A stretch of DNA of 63,900 nt, from assembly GCA_003427395.1 (NCBI GenBank), contig BFEA01000011.1, positions 2,353,076 to 2,416,975 on the forward strand. Direction: 5' to 3'. Below, in pieces: positions 44,651-58,400 of this stretch (its first letter is position 1; every line of letters starts with the position of its first letter). The translations under genes and the position numbers were made by a program. This DNA comes from Chara braunii. Taxonomy: Eukaryota; Plantae; Charophyceae. Below the pieces are notes generated by a model. That model was not told the origin of the DNA. It did no database searches and saw only the letters and a program-made list of their open reading frames with translations.

Positions 44651-45287
44651 CACTTCTGTGAGTGCAGTGGTACTCTTCTTTCCCCGGCCTAGAGTCGGGT
44701 TATTTTGGCTATATGCCTGTTTGTCCTGTGGAACCAGGTAGTCGGCCTGATCTCACAGGTTGTAAATTGTGTCTGTTTGGTACCAATGTCGGTACCAGGC
44801 AGTCCAGTCTAGTCAGTCCGCTAGGGATATACTCTAGCTGCAATCTGTCATTTCTTCATTCTGTATTCAACGACGTAAGTCTGGGATTGTCTCATGTACA
44901 GTGTGAGTGTGAGGTGTGTGCTGTGTTGTCGCCTCCATGCTTGACAGCATTCTTCTCCATTACCATCTCTACCATCACCCTCTCTCTCTCTCGCGCGCGC
45001 TCTTCTTCCGAACACAGGACAGAATCGGCCATTCCTGCTCCTGTGAGGAGGATAACGATGGAGGGAGGAGGAAGGAGGTCAAGAACGATGCATCAAGGAG
45101 GCACATCTTTGTTTTTTTCTTTCACACAGATTCACAGGGCCTTGCTCCACTACTCGCCACATGCACAAAACACAAAAAATATGGTGGTGTATCACGTGCT
45201 AGCGGAAGATTCGTTTTCATTTTGCACATCTGGTGAGTAGTGCGGCGAGGCCAACAGTTGTACCATTTTTCGTGGAATTGTGTATAA

Positions 45288-45374
<87 letters not shown>

Positions 45375-45649
45375 GAGTAGACTGCTCTCTTAATGATGCT
45401 CATCTCATTTCCTAGTAGTACACAAGGGGAGGGAGGAAGGGAAGGGGTAGGAGACGGGAGTTCTATAGGGAGTGACAGGCAGGGGAGGGAGAAGGGGTAG
45501 GGGAGAAAGCGGAGTGGCAAAGGAAAGAACAGACATATGACGAACTTCCAATGGGTTCTAAATACTCACCACTTGAGCAGTCAACTCTAGAATGGCACAT
45601 GGGGCTAGTCCGTGTTTGGGTTGCAGAAGATTTGGAGTCGAAGAGCATC

Positions 45650-45730
<81 letters not shown>

Positions 45731-45915
45731 NNNNNNNNNNNNNNNNNNNNNNNNNNNNNNNNNNNNNNNNNNNNNNNNNNNNNNNNNNNNNNNNNNNNNN
45801 NNNNNNNNNNNNNNNNNNNNNNNNNNNNNNNNNNNNNNNNNNNNNNNNNNNNNNNNNNNNNNNNNNNNNNNNNNNNNNNNNNNNNNNNNNNNNNNNNNGG
45901 GGGTAGCTCACATAC

Positions 45916-46093
45916 CAACTGTAGGGACTATAAATGAAGATGTTTTGCAGTGGATTGGGGGCACAGTTCTCACAGAGATCTGTACTTTCTCGAGAAGACC
46001 AACACCAGTGTAGGTCACAAACAGCCACACAGTCAGCGATGCCACGGGCTCTTGATAATCACTGCCGTTGAATCCTCCTTCCACTCCTCTGAT
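45916..46093 (-). CDS. BBS9: BBS9 internal exon D (GAE domain)
   Basis: IRGVEGG...SLTVWLFVTYTGVGLLEKVQISVRTVPPIHCKTSSFIVPTV aligns with BBS9 'SVTVKVTLQNRVILQKAKLSVYVQPPLELTCDQFTF'. Acceptor ttttcctcgcag|, donor G|gtatgt; phase 0 to 1. Confidence 0.82.
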
Positions 46094-46380
46094 CTGCGAG
46101 GAAAAGTGACTCTCGTCACCTGCAGGCTTATCCACATTCTATGGTTACCAGCATGCGCGCAAGCCCCACCTCCAATCCCCACACTTCCACACCCGAAGAA
46201 CCAGAATGCAGCACACAAACGCACACAACACCCAAAGAGATTCAGTTGAGCCTAACATGTAATGGATGACGCTTCCATTTTGCGCTGAAAGTATTTTGAT
46301 CCCTTGTACCGTGTTGTTAGCTGAATGCTAAACACCTCTTTCATTTAATCGGTGAACTAAGAGTTCAGAGCCTGCACCTA

Positions 46381-46485
46381 CCGTCTTCACCCGAATAGAA
46401 CGCCAGGTCATTATCGCTCCATCTGGGCTTAAAGTTGTGCCAACTGCAGCTATAATGACCGGGCGTTCTATTCGGGTGAAGACGG
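46381..46485. mobile_element. MITE, Tc1/mariner-like (TA TSD)
   Basis: ta|ccgtcttcacccgaatagaacgcc ... ggcgttctattcgggtgaagacgg|ta. Confidence 0.82.
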
Positions 46486-47118
46486 TAGCCCATGTAGCTG
46501 AATGAAACACACATGGGATCTTAATGAACATGAGTTCAACTCCTGATTCTATAAGGTTAGGTCATCCCCTGTTTTCAAAAAAGGGTTTCAGAACCTGTGG
46601 AACACAACCGGTTTCTTAGGCAAAGAATGCTCAATTTCTCTCCTTTTTCTCGCAACTCTATCACTTTCTACTACAACACTATCTACTAGATCTCCGCTGT
46701 CTCATTCCAAAATGAGGTCTTGCCAATCATGTGGCCAATCAATCTTCTAAGTACATGATCATTCTTGGATGCCATTCTTCTATTAACTCCTCCTGGCATA
46801 GCGACATGCAACCGAGCTCTGAGTGCAAGAGTGCCAACCCTCTCCTGGAGCTCTGACTGGCACTGGCTGCTGCTCTCTCCACAGCTATGGCAGCTATGGT
46901 GGAAGTATCAACCACCAGTTAAGCTCTTCCTCTTTCGATGTGCCAAGTCCCAAGCACATTCCAATCATCCTCCGTCCATCTAGGCAGGTTCTCGCTTATC
47001 CCGTCCTTTATGCTCCCTTGGACACGGCTGGGGACCACGTGCTTCTGTCTCTGCGCTGCTCGAGAATAGCCCTAGAGTGCTCCTGTATGGTATGTATTCT
47101 TCATACTCTCCCTCCACC

Positions 47119-47176
<58 letters not shown>

Positions 47177-47254
47177 NNNNNNNNNNNNNNNNNNNNNNNN
47201 NNNNNNNNNNNNNNNNNNNNNNNNNNNNNNNNNNNNNNNNNNNNNNNNNNNNNN

Positions 47255-47344
<90 letters not shown>

Positions 47345-47913
47345 GTTTGATTTTCTTTGCTTCTTCTTCGTCCTCTTTCTCTTTCGTCCTTGGGTCTTTC
47401 CTTCTGTCTATCGGCATTGCCCAGTTTTCAGTGTCCGTGGATGCTAATCATGAATGACGCTTTGATGGTGCTGTGATTTTCTGTTCTTGCTCCTGTGATA
47501 GGGAGTTTAATTGCACGGTTCGTAACAGATTATCTGCCTGGTGAAAGGAATAGACGACAAGGCCTCCACTCCTCGCCCTTCATTCAGTTTGGTAACCGTT
47601 TCAGCTCTTACCAGATATGACCTGAAGTTGGTTGTTTGCAGCTCTCCCTCGTTATCCAGCCATTCCTCTCTTGAGTCCTTCCATGCTCCCAGTACCTCTT
47701 TTGCACCCTCCATGTACCTCTTTTGCACCCTCCTCTGTTCATGGTTCTTTTTTGAGGGGTTTTCTATTGCAACCAAAGCCCAGTATATATGTACTGCGAC
47801 TTCCCAATCCAAATGTTCTTTGTTCCACGTGTAGGGTATGATTTCTCTTTCCTTGTCCCTTCCTTAGCTTCCAATCTGGTTGCTGTCGATATCTTCTTCT
47901 TCTTCTTCTTCTT

Positions 47914-47944
<31 letters not shown>

Positions 47945-48419
47945 ACATCCGTCAGGTGAGCTAGAGGTGCTGGTATGAGCAGACACCACGAGCATCCTGA
48001 AGGATGGCTCCTATCTATTGGTGGGGAGCAACCCCTGCTGGAAAGTGGGCCCAGTGTCCCATTATGCTGAGTACATGATACAGAAAATGAAGAAAAACCT
48101 GCCTCTTCAGCCACCTTGAGGCCTCCAGATCTAGACTACAGTTCCTAGCAGCCGTCTGGCGTCAGACTAAGAGTAGCCCAGCAAGTCGGGCAGTGCAGAG
48201 GCCCCCGTCCGCAATAGGCCCCCCGGCACACTGCCAGGGCGCAGCCGTCTGGCTGGCCCGGGGATCAAACCATAGACAATCTGGATAGTTGAGACCCCAG
48301 GTTATCCCGGGGGACCATCGCTGGACAGCGATGGACGGGCATTCAGGTTGGGGTTCTACCAGTTGATGGTAGGCCGGGGGTGAAGGAAGGATTAGGACAT
48401 AGTGGCTCCAGGCTAGCTT

Positions 48420-48631
48420 AGGCAGGGGTGAGGGGTGGTATATCCTTCCGCAGCAGAAGCAATCTCGGGTCTTCCTACCGTAAAGGGGAGAAGTGTTGGA
48501 GTGGGTTTAGATATACTTTTGGCTTGCCGTCATTGCCGTGGAAAAGGAACCGGACTGACGCTCCCCAGAATGGAAATGGAGCCGGAGCCATACGGTTCCG
48601 TTTCTGGTATAATAAAAAAAAAGGAAAAAAA
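48420..48631 (+). mobile_element. LINE 3' end with A-rich tail
   Basis: ggcaggggtgaggggtggtatatccttcc...ggaaccggactgacgctccccagaatgg...ggagccatacggttcc plus an A-rich tail; collinear with 58426-58652. Confidence 0.75.
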
Positions 48632-48905
48632 AGGAGAATCCTCAGCAGGTAGGGGAGTAACCTCCCTACCTTACTGGACAGTGCTGCTCAGAATATGGAG
48701 GGAAATCAGGCCCGGGAAGATATGCAAACCTAGATCCAAGGAAGAAGTTCCGAGATGACCTCTCCTAGGGAACTCACTTCAACTCAGGGATCAGAAACGA
48801 CGGGAACCATCCCTGGGCCTTTAAACTGCCAGTACACGGCCCCAGCGTCGCAGAAAATATTTCATCGCCCACTCCGGAAATTCCACGAATTGGGCATACC
48901 GGGCG

Positions 48906-49104
48906 GCAATGGCAGGCAGCACCAGCCGGCAAAGCTTGGCTCACAGTGGAGTGCCTCCAGGCCCAGGTGTACTGGTGGCTTAACACCCAAGGACAGTTGT
49001 CGGCATCGCAATGGCAGGCAGCACCAGCCGGCAAAGCTTGGCTCACAGTGGGGTGCCTCCAGGCCCAGGTGTACTGGTGGCTTAACACCCAAGGACAGTT
49101 GTCG
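48906..49104. repeat. Tandem duplication, ~102 bp
   Basis: gcaatggcaggcagcaccagccggc...ggacagttgtcggc occurs twice. Confidence 0.88.
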
Positions 49105-49281
49105 GCTATCATGGGTAAATCGTGAGCATACGGAAGATAAGTCACATATGGAATGAGGACACAAATGACTGGATAGAAGAAGACATCCTCAAATCCACAC
49201 TCAAAGGAGGCTGCCATCATCGCAACGAGAACCTACACGAGATGATAAGGAGCATCCTCGAGAGCTGGAAAACACTTCTCA

Positions 49282-49714
49282 GGGCACGCTCACACTGCGG
49301 TAGCAAATCCGTATAAATTGCGAAAATGGGTTGGGCCGAATTGGGGTATTTGGGACGTTTCAGGTCACACTGCGTTCACACCGCGTTCCCATTTCGCTAA
49401 AGACACGGTCGCTACCGTGCCATCAGGGTGCTGCTGTTTGGGGTTTCCAGTCACACAGAAGTAACCCCAAATATAGAACGTACATGTTCCCTTTTCAACT
49501 TTGCATTCATTTACGAAAATTAAAAAAAAAAAGAATAAGGATTTTGCGGTAACCTCTGGAGGTTACCGCAAATTCCTCAAACCCGCGGCCAGGCAGGCCG
49601 CTGACAAATGGGTTTGCGAATGGGGTGTTTGGGGTCGGAACCATTGTGTGTGATCAGCCGTGTGCACATTTTTTTGGGAGTTTTACGGTTTTGGTACCCA
49701 GTGTGAGCGTGCCC
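49282..49714. mobile_element. MITE, PIF/Harbinger-like
   Basis: TIR gggcacgctcacactg / cagtgtgagcgtgccc; 3-bp TCA on both flanks. Confidence 0.82.
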
Positions 49715-49899
49715 TCAAAGAGGATTTCTCGTGGAAACCAGCCGAGTGGGGAGTTGAAATTAAAGAAACATCCCCAACCCGGTCCTGCCAACTCTCACAT
49801 ATAGACAACAGACATAGAATTTTGCTGCAGTCTTCACATCCTTCCCAATCAGCTATGACGACACCAACTCCCCGTTCATTTTGAACAACGACCCAATAG

Positions 49900-50880
49900 A
49901 TAAGTGGCCCTCAACGTCTACACCTTACACAAAATAAGAGTCCTGGGGCTATGGCCAATGACCATCTATCAGACTGATTCATCCATACACAAGATATCGA
50001 GTTTGATCCAGCCAAATGGGGATGGCAGCCAGGAAAGACCAGAAGACAAATAGTGCTATCATAAATTTCAGATTACTCAGTCAAAATGGGATACGAGATG
50101 CTGCTCAAGACTGTGGACCAGGAACCAACTATCAAACACAGACGGACATGGAAAATAGGAGATGGAGCCAACAAAATCTCTAAGATACCGTGGAAGAAAT
50201 ATAAACTAATACGTCCAACTAAGGCCAGATTCTGTCAGAAGTCTACATGATTAATTACATATGCTGCACTGCATGTCAACCACTGGCTACACATTGGGAG
50301 AAAAAACAGCGATCCGAATAGCGGGGACATATGTCCTGTCTGTTTGGACCCAGAACAGGAGGGGACTTAGCTCATTGTCTGATCAAATATAAAGGGGCCA
50401 CAGAACAATGAGCCACAGCCTCAAAGTTATGGGACAACCTATTTTCCTCCACCTTTCCTGGCCACCCCACTCAACTCCTCTTGACAAACATCCCACCCCA
50501 CTTTGAAAAATCAGAAAAGACCTGGTTTGGGATGATTCGCAGAGTGACAACTGGGAGCAAACTCCTCAATGGGTGGACGCAAGCCTGGCCTGTTAGAGCC
50601 TGTCTCAGGATTCTTGTGGTCGAAAGCTATAACTGGCAGGTGCAGTGATGGTACCGGAGCGGAATCGTGAGAAAGGCAAGCTCACAGTCAATCCTCCTGG
50701 AATAGGGAGCACTCAACTCAGTGCAGGTGAGGGATCCTTCTGCCAAACGAAATTAAGCGTGAGGGTATAAATGATGTAAATTACGACTTGCCAAGGGAAA
50801 AGGAACCGGATTGAAGCTCCCTAGTTTGGATACAGAGCCGGGGCTGTAAGGGCCTTTCTGTTTTTTCTTCTTTTTGATAA
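49900..50880 (+). mobile_element. Decayed LINE 3' fragment
   Basis: FDPAKWGWQ (cf. VDPNEWGWY), YSVKMGY and CPVC; family 3' motif ggaaccggattgaagctcc at about 50802-50860. Confidence 0.7.
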
Positions 50881-51543
50881 AGAAGATTTTGTCCGCAAGT
50901 CTAATGTTGATCCGTGGCGTGGTTGTTTTTGCCTTCCCAGTAGCTGTGTAAAGGCGACTAAAGTTAGTCGGAAATCAACCTCGGAAATCGTAATTACTTA
51001 AACAATCCAATAACAAGAAAGATAATCTTGCTGAGTAGTCGGGACGCACACAAGTTCTTCCGTGTGAGCACTCACTGAACCTTGGATTCCATGTCGTTAG
51101 ATTTCCTTTTAGTAGTTTCCCATAGATATTCATTCTTCATTCCCTTCTCCTTGGACTTACGTAATTACACAAACTTACACTGCAATTCTGGATGCTTCTA
51201 CTTCGAATCGGGGTGCATGAAACCTTTCCTCCTCCATTGAAACAAGCTGGTGGGATAAAATGATCTCCTGTGGCTCTGAATTCCATCCCTCACTATCCGT
51301 GTGAGTTGTGATTGTGAAAATAGTAAGCTTTCCCCCTCTGCCAGGGACTCCAAGAGTAGCGAAGGGGGAAGAGTCCTGCTTCCGATACGTGGACGACCAT
51401 TGGCGGATATGAACTAAAACTCTCGCCGCCACACCTTCGACTTGGAAATAAACTGTGAAACATGGGGGTGACTTTACTTTTCCCTATTTCCATGAAAATG
51501 GAGAGAAGGTTAACAACAGTCGTATTTTTCATCACCACTTTAA

Positions 51544-51846
51544 GACACCCTTCACCACTTCAGGATGCAGCCTGCCTAAACAGGTGGTTTTCAGGGTCTT
51601 CGGACCTTTCACCACTTCAGGACACCCTTCAGCACTTCAGGATGCAGCCTGCCTAAACATGTGGTTTTCAGGGTCTTCGAACCTTTCACCACTTCAGGAC
51701 CATTCAGGATCTTCAGACTGCCGAAAACTCTCACTTCACCACTTAAGGATGCAGCCTGCCTAAACAGGTGGTTTTCAGGGTCTTCGGACCTTTCACCACT
51801 TCAGGACCATTCGGGATTTTCAGACTACCCAAAACTCTCACTTCAG
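51544..51846. repeat. Minisatellite-like repeats (ttcaccacttcaggatgcagcctgcctaaac...)
   Basis: Three related units visible. Confidence 0.8.
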
Positions 51847-52730
51847 AATTTTCATTCCTGAATTTTCAGCTACCCGTTAACCACTTCAGTGAAAATGTGG
51901 ATAGGATGGGGAGATAGTCTCAAGGAGGAAAGAGAGCAGGAGTTAGTAGGACAAGGAAGCAGTTAGGAAGGATAAGACGTATAGTAGGGTTTAGGGTTTA
52001 GGGTTTATGAGCCAGAGAAGTAAATGAATGATGGTATTGGGCTAGTTGGTCAGAATAAAAGGAAACACAGAATACAATGATGAGGTTATTTAAGTATGAA
52101 ACGAGGAAGAAAAAGTGAGGAGGGGGGGATTATTTAAGTGGGAACAAAGTAGGAACAAAGGACAAAAGGAAAAAGGTTTTTCCTAGGGTTCAAAGGAAGA
52201 GGAAGGACAAGATAGAGCGGGAGGTAGGGTACAGGGAGGGCAAGGTCAGGGGAGGGGATTGAAGGGTTTCAAAGAAAGGAAAAGGGAGCACTATAGAAGA
52301 TTAACAGGTGAGGATTAATTTGGGTTTCATTTCTTGGGCCCCAGTAGACTAGTAACTCTTTTAGTTCTTTTCTCTTTTCCAGTTTTTCTTTCGTGGAATT
52401 ATGCAATGAGGGGATGTTGGACCCGGTTTCCAGCAAAGCCAAGCCAAGTAATGGCCTCAGTATACCGGGTTGAGATGTGGAGACATTCCCGGCCTCCTAT
52501 TGCGTTTTGAAATATATATAACCATAATTTATTAATTTTCTATAAAAGAAAGGAAGGGCTGAAAAACTCTACCCTTTGTGGCTTGTATGTGTTTCGTCCC
52601 TTTAGACCTTCGCCCTATCCTAACCTTGTCCCCCTTGGTAGGTGTGGCGGCCGACGCTCCCCATTCCTCTATCCTTTGCACAATCTTTCCTCTTTCCAAA
52701 TCTGACCTGCAATGCAAGGGAATAAGTCCA

Positions 52731-53655
52731 CAGAGGTGGGCATTTTGTTGTTTTCCTCACCCGTCACCCAACCCGCCCAATTTTGTTTTTGTGCCACCCA
52801 CCCGACCCAGGAAGTTTAATTTCCACCTCAAGACAATACCACCCAGATTTTTTTTGAAATTTCAGCCCCGCGCCCGACCCGCCCGCCGCACGTAAAAAGT
52901 CCTCACCCGGCCCCACCCGCACCCGTGAGAACATCATTACCCCTCCGCACCCAAGACCTAAATTTTTGCAACATACACCCGCTCCTGCTGATGCAGCCCT
53001 GCCCACGACGACTCCACTGGTGTCACCACCTCTTTACCCTGCGCTGCCCGATATCATCACTCCGTCATGGTGTCGTGCAGCAATAGGCCAGGTAAATTGG
53101 GGGCAGGCTTCTGAATTCGCGAAGTTCGCTAACCAAGGCCGAAGTTCAAAGAGAATGGATCTAGCCGCCTACTGTGTAGGCGGCTAGATCCGTTCCCTCT
53201 TTTTTTTAAAGAAGAACTGGGCGAGGGGCTGTACTGTTGAAGTGTTTTTTTTTCCTTTTCGGCCCCGATATAACAGGCGACCCTGCATGACTGTACCCTG
53301 GCCTGCTTTTTCGTTTCTCTCGACCTTGGGCCTACGCACTGCACAGGCGAACCCACGACCTTTTTCTTTTCTTTTTTTCGGGGAGGGTGGGGGGGGCAAG
53401 GGAGAAGGAACATTTTTTTGGGTGGTCCTGGGTCTATCGGTCGGGTGATACAGATCAATGCTTCACAAACCTATCACCCACCCGATTGGTGACCCAGAGC
53501 AAATGTTGACCCGCCCATGACCCAAATATACCCCCTAGCCGCCCGCGCCCATCACCCACCCAAGAAGGCATAGGTGGACCCAGACCCAACCCAATCACCT
53601 TGTGGGTCGGGTGGGAGAGGTGGGTGCGCCTCTGGGCACCCAGTGCCCACCTCTA
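52731..53655. mobile_element. Non-autonomous hAT-like element
   Basis: Ends cagaggtgggca / tgcccacctcta, with many subterminal ACCCG motifs; no clean 8-bp TSD. Confidence 0.55.
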
Positions 53656-53869
53656 TAGAGACTGTCCACGTGGAACTAGCTACTATGCACTACTCTGTTT
53701 CTTGTCCTTCGCCGATTAGGGATGCGCAATCCTTTGTTCCATTCCTAAAGAAGTCCTGACTTTGCACCCCGTCCTTACTGTAGTTAGTAAATCCCTTTTG
53801 GGCTCATCATCTCTATTCACCTGATCCTCCTGTCTTCTTCCAAGACTTCTTGTCCGAACGCTTGGGAAG

Positions 53870-54032
53870 CCTCGCCCCTGTACGTAGAGGTCTGGTGCCT
53901 CGCCCCTGTACGTAGAGGTCTGGTTTATGATGATCGTCTTACCTTGAATTATGATGGCCATGATTCTCGCCTTACCTTGAATTATGATGGCGGCGATTCT
54001 CGCCTTACCTTGAATTATGATGGCGGCGATTC
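53870..54032. repeat. 27-bp x2 and 33-bp x3 tandem repeats
   Basis: cctcgcccctgtacgtagaggtctgg x2; cttaccttgaattatgatggc...gattctcgc x3. Confidence 0.82.
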
Positions 54033-54607
54033 TTACTTAAGTTGCGCGTGCTGCTGAATGGTCAGTAGAAAATCCTTCTGTGATCTCTCGTCTTCCAACA
54101 AAACGATGACGTATTGTAGATCCCCTTTGTTGTTTCCCAGGCGAGGTAGAAATCTCTTTGACCTTTCCTGTGCCTTCTCTTTCTCGCTACTGTGTGCTTT
54201 TCACCCTTCATTCGTTATTCTCGTCTCTGCTGTTTTCCAAGTGGGTTGGGTCTATAGACTCTACAGAGTCTATACTTTTTCCATGGAATGCTGCTATAGC
54301 CCCTGAGTGCGGTGGGCTTGTTACGTTTGTCCTGTAAAAGGAAGCAATGGAATGGTCTATGAACCAGGGCAAAATAAAAGCACAGAAAGCGCAACCATGT
54401 TACACACCATTTCCCAGGGACCTGGGTATATAAGTGGAACAGAGAGACTGGAATTAGCTAGGGATCGGGCGGGGGACACAGGTCATTCCCAAGAACTGAA
54501 TAGGCAAAATGCAACAAATGCAACAAGCAAAGGACTCAATGGGAGAGTACTCCAGCTCTTCATAGGACATTCAACAATTGGTTGGGCATTGAGTGAGTGT
54601 GAAATAC

Positions 54608-54681
54608 CCCGATGTCGTCAAGTCGAGATGGTACTTGAACCCTTAAGATTATCCTTTCTGGTGACTCCATCTTTGTGTCCT
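54608..54681 (-). CDS. BBS9: BBS9 internal exon C (74 nt, absent from the ORF track)
   Basis: aagcag|AG GAC ACA AAG ATG GAG TCA CCA GAA AGG ATA ATC TTA AGG GTT CAA GTA CCA TCT CGA CTT GAC GAC ATC GGG|gtattt = (E)DTKMESPERIILRVQVPSRLDDIG. It sits at the position of BBS9 'EREDDLNVSVVVSPNFD', and phases 1 to 0 match both neighbours. Confidence 0.8.
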
Positions 54682-55239
54682 CTGCTTTCGAATGTGCACA
54701 TAATACGTTAGACAATGAGTAAGAAGAAACTCCAAGAAAGAAGAGCTCAGCACCTTCAACACATTCACAATTTCACACTGAGATCATCAGCCATACAAAC
54801 TGATTTATAACTCTCACAACTTCTCAAAATGTTTCCACGAGGAATGTCCATGCCATTCAACAAAAAAAGAAGAGGAAAAGGAAAAGAAAAGAAACTTAAG
54901 AAAGGCAAAAGGCCTGTCCATGTTCTGGTTATGCTTCCAACATTGTTCAGAGATGAGGTCCTGACTCAGTTGAAAACTGCTTGTGGTCCTTCCAAATCGT
55001 CACCACTCATTCCATATCAGTCAATTAAAAGGTATAGTATAATGTGGCTAGCCTCGTCAGTTTTCTCTCATCTTGTGAGTACAGTAGGGTCTGGCAAACC
55101 ACCAATGAATTGTTTTCTTTGCAATGGACCCAGGACGACCTCCAACATAACAACAACAGAGAAGGTCACAAGAATCCCAAGAGATACTTCAACCAAGTTC
55201 AATCCAAAAGAGAAAAGAATTTCAGAGGTCTCCAATGTT

Positions 55240-55338
<99 letters not shown>

Positions 55339-55474
55339 CACACATGGGGACGCACACACACAGACACCCATTCACATTGTTTGTTTGTTTGTCTCTCTGT
55401 TTCCTTGCTGTTTTCTCTTCGGTCTAAGGGAGACATGCCAAATAGTCAGTGCCTATTTGTTAGGATTGCCTGCA

Positions 55475-58400
55475 CAAGGCTTGCAATGGTTGGATCATCA
55501 AGTTCCCTTCAAATTTCTGGGCATATCCATAACCATGACAGGAGCCAGTAACTCGATAGCGCCGAACCTTTTGGCAGCGGTCATGAATAAATACGTAGGA
55601 TGGCAGAACACATACACCTCTCTAATGGGGAGGGCCCTAATCATTAATTCCTCGATCTTCTCCATGACCTGGTACACAACTTCAATCTGGGACCCGCCAC
55701 CTGCCTTCACCAAGAATTTGAGGAGAAAAGCAGCAGCGTACTTATGGACAGGCGACGGCTCAAGAAACCAATTCATAACAAAAGTTGCTTGGAAATACGT
55801 CACCAATCCTGCAAGCGAAGGCGGCCTCAGCCTCATAGATCCGGCGATTGAACACAAAGCTCTCCAGACTAAGTGGATCCTAAGGTTACTCCTGAAATTG
55901 GAACTTCCCTGGCAAGAAATGGCTCTCTACCAAATAAGAAACTTAGTGCCATTCAAGGTCCACAGCAGCATAGAGGGGCATACATGGCTCATGAACAGAC
56001 ATTGGACACCCAAAAGAGAAGGGAACAGACCCAGACGGAGGAACAACCAACCAAACACTGACCCCCCAAGCGGACACTGGTCCAAACTAATTACCACTTG
56101 GAGAGAGGCCTTCCCACAAAGAAGAAGAGGACCAAGGACAAAAGAAGAAATCCTGCGTCAACCTCTCTTTGGAAATGATTTGCTAAAAGACCAAGAAGGG
56201 AAGGCATGGTCCCTCAATGGAAGAGGAAAGAAATGGAGAATCTGGATGGAAAAAGGAATATGGAAAATAGAACACTTATGGGAGGATCAAAGGGGCCAAT
56301 GGAAGTCAGAAGGGGACCTCAGGTGCATCCTAAAGGTCACCACAACCTACAGAAAAACCTGGAGGAGCTAATAGACAGCATCCCAATGGCCTGGAGAGCA
56401 ACACTAAAAAAGAGGAGAACATGGAAGAAGGGCGATTGGGCAACTCTGTTGACTCAGAGCACTCCGTCGGTGGCTCTCCGCTTCATAAGGTACTCAACAC
56501 CAGATAGAAACACAGCTTTATTTGAGATACACGAATTAGAAGACAAAAATAAATCAATAGTCGCAGCCAGGAAAGAAGCATTAATAACACTGGACTTCAG
56601 CATCAGCGAATTGCGTAAAGTCAGAGAGCTGGAAAGCAGGCAAAGAAGCCCAAAGAAGGGAAAGGAAGAGAGGGATACCCCCATCTGGCTGTTCAGACCT
56701 AACAAGGACATATCGGATTTAGAAGTGGACCCCAACGAATGGGGATGGTATGAGAAGAGAGGGGGTGGCAGGGCCAAAAAATGGATCCCCTTGCACGAAT
56801 ATACACCCAAAAAGGGTTACAATATTAGACGCAAGGCAGAAAACCCTCAGCCCACCATAGCAGCTAGATGGGAAAAGAACCTACAAATCGACCCCGTTGC
56901 CCTCTAGACAATACCATGGTCCTTTTATGCCTCCATTAAACCTCAGCGAGTAAGGAGCCTCCAATGGTTAATCCTCTACCTAGCAGTCCCTGTTAATGCG
57001 TGGCTAGACTCAAGAAGAAAAGAGGAGGACAGGTCTGAAACGTCAGCTCACTGCCAGATGTGCCAAGAACAGCAAAGGGAGACCTTAACGCACTGCTTCC
57101 TGCACTGTCAGCATGCCAAATTCCTCTGGGACAAGTGCAAAAGAGCATGGGCCAAACTATCCTCCAAAGAATTCCCCACAGATCAGCTCTTCCTCTTGAC
57201 AGCAATAGACCGCGAAGGCATAATCCCCGAAGAAGACAGTGGAATCATAGAACTGCTGAGAAGGACGGTCCTATGGGTAATCTGGAGAGCTAGATGCGCA
57301 GGCACAATTAGCAAAAAGAAAATATCAACAAATGAATCGTGGGAGGAAGCAAGAGAAATGGTGGAAACAGGAATCCGAGTGGAATGGAAGCAAACCCTGA
57401 CCAAGATGGAAAAGGAAGTAGAAGCACAGAAAAAGAACAAATTACAGAAGGAATTTGAAGGGTTTTGGCTAAAAGAAGGACTGGTAGCGCGAGTATCAGG
57501 CAGAACACTACTTTTCTCAGATTGGTGGGGTCCAACTACACCAAGGGAAGAACCAGACAGAAGTACACCGATGGACATGGAGTGAACGGATAAATGCATA
57601 CCTCCTCACTCAGTCCCCTAAAAGAAACACGTTACACGAAGGGTTTAGGACAGAGGAACCCGAGGAGAATAACCAATCTACACCTGGAACGTACCCGGGA
57701 AGGTCCAATGGAAGACAAGACAGGAAATGACAGAGAAACCGAAAGAGAATCACAAACAGGAAACAGAGACATGAACCTAAAATTGGATAGAAGGCGACTT
57801 GTCACCAACCAAAAAAGAAAGCAGTAATAGCCAATAATAACAGGCCTACCAGTGGAAAGCGGGGAGGAACTGGGTACGTCAGCAACCGGAACAAGAGGAA
57901 GAAATATTGAAGCGTTTTAAGCAAAAGGTACTCGGTGATAGAGCGGCAGCATCAATCCAAGGAACACATTTAATCTTCAGATGGAGAGGGGGAGGGCGCC
58001 GTTCATAGAATTACGGGGAAGAGTGAAAGGGGGAAGGAACTCAAGCAGTGGAAGGAAGGGTTTAGGGTTTAAGAAAAAAGGAAAAAAGGATGACGGGATT
58101 CAGGGTTAAGAGTCGAAGGAAGGGTATAGGGGGTAAGGGTCATAGCAGGATGAAAACAGGGAGAGCTTTTAGGGTATAGGAGAGATAATTTCAACCTGGA
58201 CGTCTTAGAACAGATAAGTTAGGACAGCATTAAGACTGAAGGTTTAGGCCTTATGGCTTAGACAGAAACAAGGCAAAAGCTGCTATAGAATCTTAGAGGC
58301 TTCAAAGGCGTATAAGTGTTCCAGAATGCTCTTGTATAATCATAGATAACCGACAGCTTCACAGCTGAGAGGAGCAGATCTGGGACCAGACAGATTGGTA

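Noticed and set aside
46094-46119. Alternative BBS9 acceptor cctgcag| at 46119
   Set aside because: It is phase 1, incompatible with the phase-0 donor of exon C; usable only if exon C were skipped.
55235-55474. N-terminal extension of the 378-aa ORF
   Set aside because: It is read-through of a (CT)n microsatellite upstream of the LINE truncation point and TSD.
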